This document shows positions 6,886-16,457 of a stretch of 64,000 nucleotides of DNA, piece by piece. The first letter of the stretch is position 1. Each line of letters starts with the position of its first letter. A program made the position numbers and the translations under genes. The stretch covers positions 1,619-65,618 of the IMG/VR virus record IMGVR_UViG_3300048436_000037, one strand, 5' to 3'. This stretch comes from a virus (taxonomy: Duplodnaviria; Caudoviricetes). The notes below the pieces were generated by a model. It had not been told where the DNA came from. It saw only the letters and a program-made list of their open reading frames with translations, and made no database searches.

Positions 6886-7178
6886 TATTAGTAGATTTAT
6901 AAAAGTTAATTCTTGTAAGTACTTCGCATTGAGAGATCTTACCTTCCATTTGTAATAGTATATCGCTTGACATATCTATTTTTTTACCATTAGGGCAAGT
7001 TAGTATAAATTGCATATTATTTAGTTTAGTAGAAGTCATAGTATATATCTATTACTTGAGATCTTTGATTGCTAGTTAGTTCGTTAAAGTCTTTCTTGAA
7101 GATTCTTCTTGATATTTTTAGTAAGGTATATGATTTTGTACACATAGTTTTATTATTTATTAGTTATTAATTTATTAG

Positions 7179-7254
7179 TAGTCGTTGGTGGAATCGAACC
7201 ACCTCACAAAGTAGAGCTCACGTAGTCAAAATGCAGAGTGAAACCGTTACGACT
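7179..7254 (-). ncRNA. tRNA-like element / degenerate tRNA
   Basis: Minus strand AGTCGTA...GGTGG TTCGATT CCACC AACGACT A; tRNA-sized with acceptor and T-arm but no recognisable D/anticodon arms. Confidence 0.5.
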
Positions 7255-7270
7255 TGTTACTCGGATAGTA

Positions 7271-7498
7271 CTATTTTTCTAGTACTTCTCGAGCGATCAC
7301 TGGTACACTAGTTGAAGAAGTGTAAGACTTGTACTTGATGAAGCAAGCCATATTTTCTAGTTTAGACTTCATTACTTCATACACTTTATCGTGATTATAA
7401 GTAACTGTTTTACCATTTTTGAAGTTGACAGTGATTAGTTGGTTTTTACCAATTAGTGATTTTCTGATTACAAATCTTTTTGAAATTAAAGTTGACAT
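7271..7498 (-). CDS. early protein, paralogue A
   Basis: 75 aa, highly similar to 7821..8051 (SKRFV.RKSLIGKNQ...KYKSYTSSTS.PVI). Confidence 0.8.
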   Translation of the reverse strand: MSTLISKRFVIRKSLIGKNQLITVNFKNGKTVTYNHDKVYEVMKSKLENMACFIKYKSYTSSTSVPVIAREVLEK

Positions 7499-7546
7499 AG
7501 TTAAAATTATTTAGTTATTATTATTATTATTAGTTTGTTACATTTA

Positions 7547-7579
7547 TATTATCCAAATGGAATATTATTTTGTTTGTAA
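7547..7579 (-). promoter_or_regulatory. early promoter-like motif copy 4
   Basis: TTACAAACA-N16-GGATAATA. Confidence 0.75.
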
Positions 7580-7763
7580 AAGGTGTATTATTATTTATTA
7601 GTAAAAATAGTTAGAGAAGTTTTATGCACTATCTCTTATAGTATAACACACTATTATAAGTAAAACTTATAGTTAAATATGGTGTAGAGTGGAGTCTAGT
7701 CTTCCGATCTTATTTCAGGATCAGGCCTGCAATGGAACACACTAAATGTAGTGTTACAAAAAG

Positions 7764-7810
7764 TGTGACATTAGCTTGTTAGATTAATAGAGTAACAGGC
7801 TATTGTCACA
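7764..7810. promoter_or_regulatory. palindromic operator/origin-like site copy 1
   Basis: TGTGACATTAGCTTGTTA...TAACAGGCTATTGTCACA. Confidence 0.65.
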
Positions 7811-7820
7811 GTTTAGTATA

Positions 7821-8051
7821 TTACTCAGTGATTATTAATTCACGAGTAATAACTGGCATCGATGTGCTACTTGTATATGATTTATACTTCGCCCAACAGT
7901 TCATTGTTTCTAACTTTGGTTTCATTACTTCATACACATCATCGTGATTATACTTAGCGACTTTACCATTTTTGAATGTTACTTCAATGATTTGATTCTT
8001 TCCGATTAATGATTTGCGAACAACAAATCTTTTTGATTTTAATACTGACAT
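7821..8051 (-). CDS. early protein, paralogue B
   Basis: 76 aa, paralogue of 7271..7498. Confidence 0.8.
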   Translation of the reverse strand: MSVLKSKRFVVRKSLIGKNQIIEVTFKNGKVAKYNHDDVYEVMKPKLETMNCWAKYKSYTSSTSMPVITRELIITE

Positions 8052-8098
8052 AGTTTTAATTTATTTAAGTTATTATTATTATTTATTAGTTACATTAT

Positions 8099-8131
8099 TA
8101 TTATCCAAAATGTAATGTGGTTTGTTTGTAA
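8099..8131 (-). promoter_or_regulatory. early promoter-like motif copy 5
   Basis: TTACAAACA-N16-GGATAATA. Confidence 0.75.
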
Positions 8132-8326
8132 TAATATGTGAAATTAGCTGTTGAAATTGTAATGTAATATGTGAATGCATGGATGAAAACAACATGATCA
8201 CGCGTATATATGCAAACGTAAACGTAAAAACATGGGGGACCCGGTAAAATGAAAATGATTTTGAAATTATGTAACATAAGTGGAAAATAGTGGGTAACCC
8301 CATACTCCTATATATCTAACGAAAAC

Positions 8327-8372
8327 TATGACATTAGCCTTATAGAGTATATAGTAAGGGGCTATTGTCACA
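8327..8372. promoter_or_regulatory. palindromic operator/origin-like site copy 2
   Basis: TATGACATTAGCC...GGCTATTGTCACA at the strand switch. Confidence 0.65.
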
Positions 8373-8377
8373 CTATT

Positions 8378-8409
8378 GTAAAAAACAGTGGTTTTGTGTG
8401 AGTATATAC
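8378..8409 (+). promoter_or_regulatory. late/middle promoter-like motif
   Basis: GTAA-N16-GTGAGTATATA; same spacing as copies at 11788, 23018, 32605, 37825 and 61586(-). Confidence 0.55.
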
Positions 8410-8427
8410 ACTATAATAAAAGCAATT

Positions 8428-8745
8428 ATGGCAAAACCAAAAAAGAAGGGAGGACCTAAGCAGCAGTTATCGCCTACAGGGCGTGCTAGAAAGGCTGCTA
8501 GAGATGTGTGTTATGCTAGAGGATGGGTTTGGAACAAAGAATCTGGTACATGCTCTGAATCTGGTAAAGGAATATCGACAAGTTCTTTACAAAGAAAGGA
8601 GAAAAAGGCAGAGAATCAAAGAATAGGGCAAAATAGTAGCACAGATCTGCACCATGTTGGTGGTGAATTAGGTAAAACCAAAAGAGTACCAGTTGGTAGC
8701 AACAGAGGAGACAGTGGAGATGGTACTAAAAACGACAGAAAATAA
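8428..8745 (+). CDS. basic protein, possible HNH-like nuclease remnant
   Basis: Start MAKPKK at 8428; DLHH...G...RV...NRG pattern. Confidence 0.5.
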   Translation: MAKPKKKGGPKQQLSPTGRARKAARDVCYARGWVWNKESGTCSESGKGISTSSLQRKEKKAENQRIGQNSSTDLHHVGGELGKTKRVPVGSNRGDSGDGTKNDRK

Positions 8746-8760
8746 AGATAAAAGACAAGT

Positions 8761-11394
8761 ATGGCAATAATATATACATATCCTGAGATAAATCAAGTAG
8801 AAGGTGAAGACTTATTGCTTATAAGTGATACTAACTTATATAAAAGGCCTACTAGGAGCGTAACAGTAGATGATTTAGCTGCTTACATAGGTACTGTGGT
8901 TGGTGTTGTGCAGAATTTACAGTCTGTGCTTACAGTTGGTAACACTTACGTAAGCCCTGATGGATATGGTACATTTACATTAAACGATATTACAAATAAT
9001 GATGGGCAAATAAAGTATGTAAATACAGATGAAGGATGGGGATATCTAATTAGCGCAGAGGAGGGTTTTAATATTACTAATGGTTCTGGAACTAATTTAA
9101 TGTCAATTTATTCTTCTGGATTATCAATAAGAAATGGTGCTCATGTAATGAACATTGGCACTAATGCGTTAACTGCAACTAGGAATGTATACTTTCCAGA
9201 CGCAAGTGGGACTATTGCATTGACAAGTGATATACCTTCACCGGGCCCAAGTGGATCTGGTACTACTAATTATACGGCTAGATGGACAAGCGCTAGTGCT
9301 TTAGGTATTGGTACTTTATATGATAACGGAACTAATGTAGGTATTGGGACTACAACTCCAACACAAAAACTCGAAGTTAACGGTACTATGCTACTTAGCA
9401 CTTTACCGAACAACAACGGAAGGCTATGTCTAGGTAGTGTCAGTACTAACCTTTTTAGTAATGCCGCGAGTGGTCATTTGTATATTTCAACTAACGGTTC
9501 TACAAGAATGACTATTCTTAATAATGGTAATGTAGGAATCGGTAACACTAGCCCTAGTGAGAAGCTAGACGTTGAAGGTAACGTAAGAGTAGGTGTAAAT
9601 AATGGTTTCTATATAAACAACCAGAACGTAGGAATAAAAAGAACGTCTAACGATTTAGTGTTAGGAGGTTTTGGGAACGTTATAATTAGGTCATCAAGTA
9701 CCACAGTAGTTAATCAAGCTGAACGTATGAGAATCACTTCAGCAGGAAACATTGGTATCGGGACATCTAGTCCAGCATATATATTAGATGTGGTTTCACC
9801 TGGTACAGCAACAGCTAGATTAAAATCCGCAGGAACAGGAGCTATATCTTTAAGATACGAAAACGGAGGTGGTTTTAAGAGCGCAGCTGTAGTAGATAAT
9901 AATGGATTATATAGACTAGATGCTACTAATATATCTTTAAATCCAACTAACAACGTAGGTATCGGAACGACTAGTCCGAGTGAGAAATTACACATAGCAG
10001 GTAACATTAAGTTACTAGATAAGTTATCATTTACAGAACACAGCACTAATGATTATTTATCAGCAGAATCCTATGCATTAGTAGTTTCAGGTGACGATTC
10101 TATAAACTTTAGAGTTGGTGGTACTAGTTCATTTAATGTTTACACCACTCAAATCCGTCCTCAATCAACTAATACTGTTGATTTAGGGCACACTTCTTTT
10201 GGTTGGAAAACTGTAAGGTCAGTTGGTAACATTACGACTTCTGCTGGAGCTGTTGGTATTGGTACTCAATATCCAACTTCTGCATTAGATGTTATAAGTA
10301 ACAGTAGCGGCAACGGTATTGACCTAAGGTCTAACTCTGCAAATGCTTATTCTCAGATTAGGTTTTACAATAACGACCATACAAGTAATACAGGTTCTAT
10401 AATTAACTACCACAATAGTGGTTCACCTGACTTTGCTTTTAGACTTTTATCTGGCGCAGGTACGGTTGAAAGAATGCGTATTACATCAGTCGGTAACGTA
10501 GGTATCGGGACTACTAGTCCTAGCCAGAAATTACACATAGAAGCTTCAGACCCGCGGATAAGAATAGTGGATACTGATGGGACTAATTGGGAAAGTGAAG
10601 TATTTACTCAAGGAGGTGCACTAAAGCTTCAAGCTAGAAATGGAACAAATTTTGGTAATATTTCTTTCCAAGGAGATAACGGCACGACTGAGTCCGAGTA
10701 CGCTAGGTTTAATTCAGTTGGTAATTTTGGTATCGGAACTAATAGTCCTAGTGCTAAGTTAGAAGTTGCTGGCGGCGGGCGTTTTGAAGTGATGACTGTA
10801 AAAGGATCGAACTCTTCTTATTGGCTTTACGATAGAGATTTAAATAACAGAGGGCAAGAATCTTTTAGAATATCAAGAAATGTAGGGAATCTTTCGTTTT
10901 ATGATAGAACTTATAACGGAGGTTACGAAGAATTAGAATTTTTGAAATTTAGCCATGGCACGAGTGGGTCTTCTGTTTTAAGTTTAAAATCCAAAAGTAC
11001 AATAGATTTTTTAATAAATCAGTCTAATGTAGCTCGTATTAACTCATCTGGTAACGTAGGTATTGGAACGACTAACCCTTTATCAAAGTTAAACGTTAAC
11101 GGTAGTATAAAAATAGAGGGTGAAAACCAGCTTTACTTTGGAAGCTCTGGTTCTGTTCCTTTATGGGAGATAAAAGCGTCGGGTAGTGATTTAGTTATAA
11201 ACGACACAGGTAGTAACGTAGGATCTGTACTATTTAACAACGACGAAGGTATTGTTCTACCTAGATTAACAACTACAGAGATAAACGCTATATCATTACC
11301 TAACACAGGTTTAACAGTATATAACACAACTTTAAATACTTTATGCTTCTACAATGGAAGTAGCTGGCAGAAGGTTAGTCACACAAGCATGTAA
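8761..11394 (+). CDS. tail fibre / receptor-binding protein with GNVGIGTTSP repeats
   Basis: 877 aa with about 8 (G)NVGIGTxxP..KL.V repeats typical of trimeric beta-fibres in Bacteroidota and marine phages. Confidence 0.8.
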   Translation: MAIIYTYPEINQVEGEDLLLISDTNLYKRPTRSVTVDDLAAYIGTVVGVVQNLQSVLTVGNTYVSPDGYGTFTLNDITNNDGQIKYVNTDEGWGYLISAEEGFNITNGSGTNLMSIYSSGLSIRNGAHVMNIGTNALTATRNVYFPDASGTIALTSDIPSPGPSGSGTTNYTARWTSASALGIGTLYDNGTNVGIGTTTPTQKLEVNGTMLLSTLPNNNGRLCLGSVSTNLFSNAASGHLYISTNGSTRMTILNNGNVGIGNTSPSEKLDVEGNVRVGVNNGFYINNQNVGIKRTSNDLVLGGFGNVIIRSSSTTVVNQAERMRITSAGNIGIGTSSPAYILDVVSPGTATARLKSAGTGAISLRYENGGGFKSAAVVDNNGLYRLDATNISLNPTNNVGIGTTSPSEKLHIAGNIKLLDKLSFTEHSTNDYLSAESYALVVSGDDSINFRVGGTSSFNVYTTQIRPQSTNTVDLGHTSFGWKTVRSVGNITTSAGAVGIGTQYPTSALDVISNSSGNGIDLRSNSANAYSQIRFYNNDHTSNTGSIINYHNSGSPDFAFRLLSGAGTVERMRITSVGNVGIGTTSPSQKLHIEASDPRIRIVDTDGTNWESEVFTQGGALKLQARNGTNFGNISFQGDNGTTESEYARFNSVGNFGIGTNSPSAKLEVAGGGRFEVMTVKGSNSSYWLYDRDLNNRGQESFRISRNVGNLSFYDRTYNGGYEELEFLKFSHGTSGSSVLSLKSKSTIDFLINQSNVARINSSGNVGIGTTNPLSKLNVNGSIKIEGENQLYFGSSGSVPLWEIKASGSDLVINDTGSNVGSVLFNNDEGIVLPRLTTTEINAISLPNTGLTVYNTTLNTLCFYNGSSWQKVSHTSM

Positions 11395-11420
11395 TAAATA
11401 AATAAATAAATAAATAAATT

Positions 11421-11783
11421 ATGGTAACTTACGATTGGAATTGTAAAACAGTGGATTGCTATCCAGAACAAAATAGCGAAGCAGATGTAGTGTACAATGT
11501 GCACTGGATTGTAACAGGTGCATCAGATCAATTAGATCCAGAAGGTAACCCTTACTCAGCTACTAATATTGGTACTCAAGTATTAGACACGAGTAGTATA
11601 ACAAACTTTATACCGTTTGACCAGTTAACTAACGATGAGGTAGTTGCTTGGACAAAAGGAGCTATGGGAAGCGAGCAAGTGGCAGAGATTGAATCAAACA
11701 TCGAAAAACAAATTCAAGATTTAATAACACCTACTAGTATTACATTAGTGATTGGAGAGCCTGTACCACCTGTTGAAGAATAA
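11421..11783 (+). CDS. putative tail-fibre-associated/chaperone protein
   Basis: 120 aa directly after the fibre; VVYNVHW...FIPFDQLT...V..W pattern common next to fibres in marine phages. Confidence 0.6.
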   Translation: MVTYDWNCKTVDCYPEQNSEADVVYNVHWIVTGASDQLDPEGNPYSATNIGTQVLDTSSITNFIPFDQLTNDEVVAWTKGAMGSEQVAEIESNIEKQIQDLITPTSITLVIGEPVPPVEE

Positions 11784-11787
11784 ATAG

Positions 11788-11819
11788 GTAAAAAAAACGC
11801 ATAACAGGTAATGATATAG
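11788..11819 (+). promoter_or_regulatory. late/middle promoter-like motif
   Basis: GTAA-N16-GTAATGATATA upstream of groEL. Confidence 0.6.
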
Positions 11820-11866
11820 TTATTAGTTATGTAAACAAAATATAATCAAATTTAATTAAATAAACT

Positions 11867-13420
11867 ATGGATGCAATAGTTAAGAATCTAAACTTCGGAG
11901 AGAAGGCTAGAAAAAATGTCTATGAAGGTATAGACAAGTTGACTAAAGCCGTTAGTTCTACACTAGGAGCTAGCGGTAAATGTGTGATGCTAGAAGATCA
12001 TACAGGTAGACCCATTATAACAAAGGATGGTGTTACTGTAGCAGAGTCAGTTATATTAAGAGATCCAGTTGAAAATATGGGAGCTACACTTTTAAAGGAG
12101 GCAGCTCGTAAAACCGTAAAAGAAGCTGGAGATGGAACTACAACTGCCACTGTGCTAGCTCACGCTATATTAACAGAAGCTTACAAAGTATTAGACAAGA
12201 CAAATACAAGAAGCTTAAAAGAAGGTATTGATAAATCTGTAGAATCTGTTGTAGAGTATTTAAAAGAAAACTCTGTACAAGTTACAGATGACATGTTAGA
12301 TCAAGTAGCTACAATATCTACCAATAACGACCCTGAACTTGGTAAAATAATTGGTGATGCTTTCAGGCTTGTTGATTTGACGGGTGTAGTAGTAATGGAA
12401 CCTACCGAGGATAATGAAACTTCTGTAGAACTAGTTGAAGGTGTTGAGTACGACAAAGGACTTGTTAACTCTCATTTTGTCACTAGTAAAACTAAAAGAG
12501 CAGCAGAGCTTGAAAACGCATTGGTATTAATAGTAGAATCACCAGTTGAGTCTATAAGAAAAATACAAAGTGTTTTAGAGTATGTTATAAAGAATAATAA
12601 ATCTTTATTGATAATAGCTGATTGTGAGCAGAGTGTTATTTCTGCTTTAGCTATGAATAAAGTTAAAGGTAATATAAAAGTAAATGTTATCAACGCGCCT
12701 ACATATGGTGTTAGTAAAAAAGATACTTTAAACGACCTAGCCCTTCTTACAGGCGCTACGGTGATAAATGAGGATCTTGGAGATGATATGGACCTTATAC
12801 AACCAGAATATCTAGGAAGTTGCTTAAAAAGCATTACAACAGATCTAGAGACTATAATACAGGTTGAGGACAATAATCCTAATGTAGAAAAGTTAATTCA
12901 AGATCTTAGAGATCAAATAGAAAATACAAAGAATCCTAACGAGGTAATAAGATTAGAAAGACGACTTGGTCGTATATCTGCAAAAGTTGCTATTGTTAAA
13001 GTTGGGGCAAATTCTGAAATAGAATTAAAAGAAAAACAAGATAGAGTTGAAGACGCTATCTGTGCTACTAAAGCCGCAATCAAGGAAGGTATTGTTTCAG
13101 GTGGTGGTATTGCACTTCTAAATGCCTCGAGTAAAATAAAGGCAAAAACAACTGGGGAAAAAGTTTTATTAAAAGCTATTAGAGCACCTTTTAAAACAAT
13201 ACTTAGTAATGCTGGTATAGAGAAGTACGATACTCCTAGCGTTGAAGGTGAAGGATTAAATGTGGTTACAGGAAATATGGTAAATATGATAGACTCAGGT
13301 ATTATCGATCCTTTACTAGTAACTAAAAGCGCTTTAAGAAACGCGGCTTCTGTAGCATCAACAATAATATCTACTGATTGTGTAATTAATAACTTGAGGA
13401 TTGATGATAGCAATAGGTAG
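11867..13420 (+). CDS. groEL: phage-encoded chaperonin GroEL
   Basis: [34 protein letters not shown] motifs; no GGM tail. Confidence 0.97.
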   Translation: MDAIVKNLNFGEKARKNVYEGIDKLTKAVSSTLGASGKCVMLEDHTGRPIITKDGVTVAESVILRDPVENMGATLLKEAARKTVKEAGDGTTTATVLAHAILTEAYKVLDKTNTRSLKEGIDKSVESVVEYLKENSVQVTDDMLDQVATISTNNDPELGKIIGDAFRLVDLTGVVVMEPTEDNETSVELVEGVEYDKGLVNSHFVTSKTKRAAELENALVLIVESPVESIRKIQSVLEYVIKNNKSLLIIADCEQSVISALAMNKVKGNIKVNVINAPTYGVSKKDTLNDLALLTGATVINEDLGDDMDLIQPEYLGSCLKSITTDLETIIQVEDNNPNVEKLIQDLRDQIENTKNPNEVIRLERRLGRISAKVAIVKVGANSEIELKEKQDRVEDAICATKAAIKEGIVSGGGIALLNASSKIKAKTTGEKVLLKAIRAPFKTILSNAGIEKYDTPSVEGEGLNVVTGNMVNMIDSGIIDPLLVTKSALRNAASVASTIISTDCVINNLRIDDSNR

Positions 13421-13664
13421 GAATTTAATAATAAATAAACATAAAGTAGGTAGCACCAAAACAAAAGGTGGTTTGTTACTTGCTGAATCTCAAAGAGAGG
13501 ATATACGATATATACAGGCTGACGTTGTAAGTGTTGGTAATGAGGTTGAAGGTATTAAAGCTGGAGATCAAATATACTATGATAAACACGCTGGTCACGG
13601 TATAGAGCATAAGGGTGAGAAATATCACATTATAAGATTTCAAGATGTAGTTGTTGTTTTATGA
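13404..13664 (+). CDS. groES: co-chaperonin GroES
   Basis: TKGGLLL mobile loop, VVSVG, IKAGDQIYY; overlaps groEL end. Confidence 0.9.
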   Translation: MIAIGRNLIINKHKVGSTKTKGGLLLAESQREDIRYIQADVVSVGNEVEGIKAGDQIYYDKHAGHGIEHKGEKYHIIRFQDVVVVL

Positions 13665-14104
13665 AAAGGCTAGAAGCAAGAGACATAAAAAATATGAACT
13701 TGTTGAAACACTATCGAGTAATAAGACGGTGGGCTTGCAGAAACAACAACATTAATGACGCTGATTTAGAGCTATTAATATATCTTGATTGTATGGACCT
13801 GTTTTCAAAGTATGACTTTAAAATGGGTGTATACTCTTATAGTTGGGATAATAGGCGTTGGAACAGGCTTTTGAAAGAAGGTTGGATAACAGTTTGGCGT
13901 CATAGAAACAGAAAAGATATAAAGTACAGTATATATAAAGTATCTCTTAAATGTAAACAGCTTATAAACCGAATATATAAAATTATGCTTGGTCAAGAAG
14001 ATATACCTATGAGTAGATCTAATAGTATAGTAACAGGCGAGACGTATACAGACAAGGTTTTAAGAACATCAATAAGAAATATTAATAAAGATAAAAGTAG
14101 ATAA
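13661..14104 (+). CDS. putative winged-helix DNA-binding protein
   Basis: DLELLIYL...RLLKEGWI...YKVSLK MarR-like pattern. Confidence 0.5.
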   Translation: MKRLEARDIKNMNLLKHYRVIRRWACRNNNINDADLELLIYLDCMDLFSKYDFKMGVYSYSWDNRRWNRLLKEGWITVWRHRNRKDIKYSIYKVSLKCKQLINRIYKIMLGQEDIPMSRSNSIVTGETYTDKVLRTSIRNINKDKSR

Positions 14105-14105
14105 T

Positions 14106-14621
14106 ATGGACACACCATTAGACAAAAAACTCATTGGAGATCAAGACAAACTCCCTGAAGCTTTAAAAGCAAAGATTGAAGCAGCTCCAGAAAGCCCAGC
14201 TAAATTTCTAGGCGGATTATCAGCAGCAGTTGGTAGTTTAGGTGGAAGTTCTGGTGGTGGATCTGGTAGTGGTAATATTTTAGGTGCCTCAGGTGGTTTT
14301 GCAGGTCTTGCAGATATTGCTAGAAGGTTATCTGCAAGAAACAAGCAAAGAAATTTACCAAACGGAGTTGAAAACGGTAGATTAGGTCAAATTGCACCTG
14401 GCGGTTTGGAAAGTGATTTAAACCCATTGGAGGGACAAAAATTTGAATTAACTCCAGTACAAATGAAAAACGAGGGTTATATTCCAGGTAATGAGCGAGG
14501 TAGTGCTAAACCATTATTCACAGATAAAACAAAAAAAGTTGCTGACAGTATTTTCGGTAAGCAAGTACCTGGAACTTTTGATAGTGCATTAGCAAAGAAA
14601 AACTGTAACAAAAAATATTAA
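14106..14621 (+). CDS. hypothetical Gly-rich (internal virion?) protein
   Basis: 171 aa with ESPAK motif. Confidence 0.65.
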   Translation: MDTPLDKKLIGDQDKLPEALKAKIEAAPESPAKFLGGLSAAVGSLGGSSGGGSGSGNILGASGGFAGLADIARRLSARNKQRNLPNGVENGRLGQIAPGGLESDLNPLEGQKFELTPVQMKNEGYIPGNERGSAKPLFTDKTKKVADSIFGKQVPGTFDSALAKKNCNKKY

Positions 14622-14622
14622 T

Positions 14623-14823
14623 ATGAAAAACATTAAAAAACTAAAAGTAGATTTAGCTGGTCAAGTAGGTGAAAACGCTATATGGGATGGGCCTCTAAGT
14701 AAAGAAGGTTTTCCAATGGGTAAAGGATCTAGCTCAGGCTGTAAAGGTATGGAAGTTAGTAAAGCTGACTGTGGATGCGACTCTGTGAAAGGACCTATCA
14801 CTTCAAGAGCTAGAGCATATTAA
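14623..14823 (+). CDS. hypothetical protein
   Basis: 66-aa ORF in operon. Confidence 0.65.
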   Translation: MKNIKKLKVDLAGQVGENAIWDGPLSKEGFPMGKGSSSGCKGMEVSKADCGCDSVKGPITSRARAY

Positions 14824-14826
14824 TAA

Positions 14827-15186
14827 ATGAAGTTTAAATACTTTACATATGACGAATTTGATTGCCCAAGCCTAAAAGGTAGTGGTAAAAAAGTGAGTGA
14901 TGAACTCATAAGCATGCTAGATATTGCTCGTAAAAAATACAGTAAATCAATGACTATAAACTCAGGTTATAGAACACCTGAGCATAATGAAAAAGTAGGT
15001 GGTAAACCTGCTTCATCTCATCTGAAAGGTTTAGCTGTTGATATTGCGTGTAGTAACTCTGTCGATAGATTTAAACTGTATGACATACTGAGAGAAGTAG
15101 GATTTAAAAGAATAGGTGTTGGTAAAACATTTATTCATGTAGATATTGATAAAGATAAATCACCCGAGGTATTTTGGGTATACTAA
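14827..15186 (+). CDS. peptidase M15 family endolysin
   Basis: SGYR...N..VGG...SSH..GLAVD...FIHVD Zn-peptidase motifs. Confidence 0.9.
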   Translation: MKFKYFTYDEFDCPSLKGSGKKVSDELISMLDIARKKYSKSMTINSGYRTPEHNEKVGGKPASSHLKGLAVDIACSNSVDRFKLYDILREVGFKRIGVGKTFIHVDIDKDKSPEVFWVY

Positions 15187-15187
15187 T

Positions 15188-15469
15188 ATGAAATCACCTT
15201 TAAACATAAAAGAAAAAGCTTACGAGAAGCAGAATAGAAAGATGCGCTCAGAATATAAATCTGAAACTGGTAAGACACTAGGTAAAAGACTAACAAAAGG
15301 TACAAGCTCTAGAAGAGTATCATTTGCTTGTAGATTCGCTGGAATGGCTGGAGCTATGAAAAATGCTAAAGGTGAGCCAACTAAAAAAGCTATGGCTCTT
15401 AAAAAATGGGGATTTGGTAGTGTTGAAGCTGCTAGAAACTTTTGTCAAAAAAATAAATCTAAAAAATAA
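15188..15469 (+). CDS. small basic protein (RRxSFxxRF motif)
   Basis: Start MKSPLN at 15188; RRVSFACRFAGM. Confidence 0.65.
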   Translation: MKSPLNIKEKAYEKQNRKMRSEYKSETGKTLGKRLTKGTSSRRVSFACRFAGMAGAMKNAKGEPTKKAMALKKWGFGSVEAARNFCQKNKSKK

Positions 15470-15474
15470 CAACA

Positions 15475-16017
15475 ATGAAAAAAGGTGTAAAATTCGACTA
15501 CAAACAAGCGTATAACAAAAACCTAAAACCTAGCGCTAGATTACATTATTTAGAAAATGCTAGACACGATCAAGACAGTCCAGCTAAGAAATATGATTCT
15601 CCAGCTAAAAAAAGCTGTTCTCCAATGAACAAGTACGGATCTCCAATGAAAATGGGTGGTCACGCTATTCACAAGCATATGGGCGGTAGTGCTTTTCATA
15701 TGAATGCTAAACCAAGTGATAGCAAAGAAAAAGCGTCTACAGAAAAGAGAGACTTAATGAAATACAATCCAGTTGATGATAAGGCTGCTAGTATTAAGCC
15801 TGTAGAAGTTTCATCTCCTAAAGTCAAAGTGTCTTCAGCTAAACCTACTAAAAAACAAGCACCTAAATCTAAAAGCGTGCAAAGAAAAGCAGATAGAGTT
15901 GAAAAAACAAGAGAAAAAGGAGCAAAAGCACTAGAGTCCGGTAATAAATCAAAAGCCATGAGGCTTAAGCGTAGAGAACAAAGACTTAAAAAAAGAATAG
16001 CTAAAAGATCTAAATAA
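15475..16017 (+). CDS. Lys-rich protein with SPxK repeats
   Basis: DSPAKKYDSPAKKSCSPMNKYGSPMKM. Confidence 0.7.
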   Translation: MKKGVKFDYKQAYNKNLKPSARLHYLENARHDQDSPAKKYDSPAKKSCSPMNKYGSPMKMGGHAIHKHMGGSAFHMNAKPSDSKEKASTEKRDLMKYNPVDDKAASIKPVEVSSPKVKVSSAKPTKKQAPKSKSVQRKADRVEKTREKGAKALESGNKSKAMRLKRREQRLKKRIAKRSK

Positions 16018-16056
16018 ACAATAAACAACAGTAGAGATCTGTAATAAAACTCAGCC

Positions 16057-16088
16057 AAACATTAACATTTAACATTTAACATTTAACA
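16057..16088 (+). repeat. short tandem repeat (AACATTT)n in leader of 16099
   Basis: aacatt aacattt aacattt aacattt aac. Confidence 0.6.
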
Positions 16089-16098
16089 AAAAAACATT

Positions 16099-16392
16099 AT
16101 GGCAAATTACATTAAAATTAAAGCTGCAGACGTAAATGTAGCTAACTTAACTTCTGATTTATTATTAGGAGAGATTGTATCAGTAGCACAAGGTTTAGCT
16201 AATGGTACTGGAGATGCAAACAAATTTACAGTTTACAACAGTATTGGAAAAAGTTTCTTATTTACTGTAACTGGAAAAGCTAAAGAATGGGCAGAAGCTG
16301 TTCAAAAAGCAATTACCGCTAATCCAGGTGGTATCATGTCAATTGTACAAAACAGTACAGGCGTTAAGATAACTGCATTAACTATAGCATAA
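16099..16392 (+). CDS. hypothetical structural (decoration-like) protein
   Basis: 97 aa, A/T/G-rich, followed by terminator. Confidence 0.65.
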   Translation: MANYIKIKAADVNVANLTSDLLLGEIVSVAQGLANGTGDANKFTVYNSIGKSFLFTVTGKAKEWAEAVQKAITANPGGIMSIVQNSTGVKITALTIA

Positions 16393-16406
16393 TTACTAAA
16401 CAATAT

Positions 16407-16436
16407 ATAGCAGGGAGTTTAAAAGCTCCTTGCTAT
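16407..16436 (+). terminator. intrinsic terminator-like hairpin
   Basis: ATAGCAGGGAGT ttaaa AGCTCCTTGCTAT followed by an AT-rich tail. Confidence 0.6.
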
Positions 16437-16457
16437 TATATTATAAACTAAAAATTT

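Noticed and set aside
7681-7748. Hammerhead ribozyme (CTGAT...GAA on minus strand)
   Set aside because: CUGAnGA and GAAA-stem-UH cores do not fit; GC-rich and possibly structured, but unassignable
11393-11419. (TAAA)n run after the fibre gene
   Set aside because: Low-complexity AT-rich translation leader typical of Bacteroidota; no evidence of phase variation
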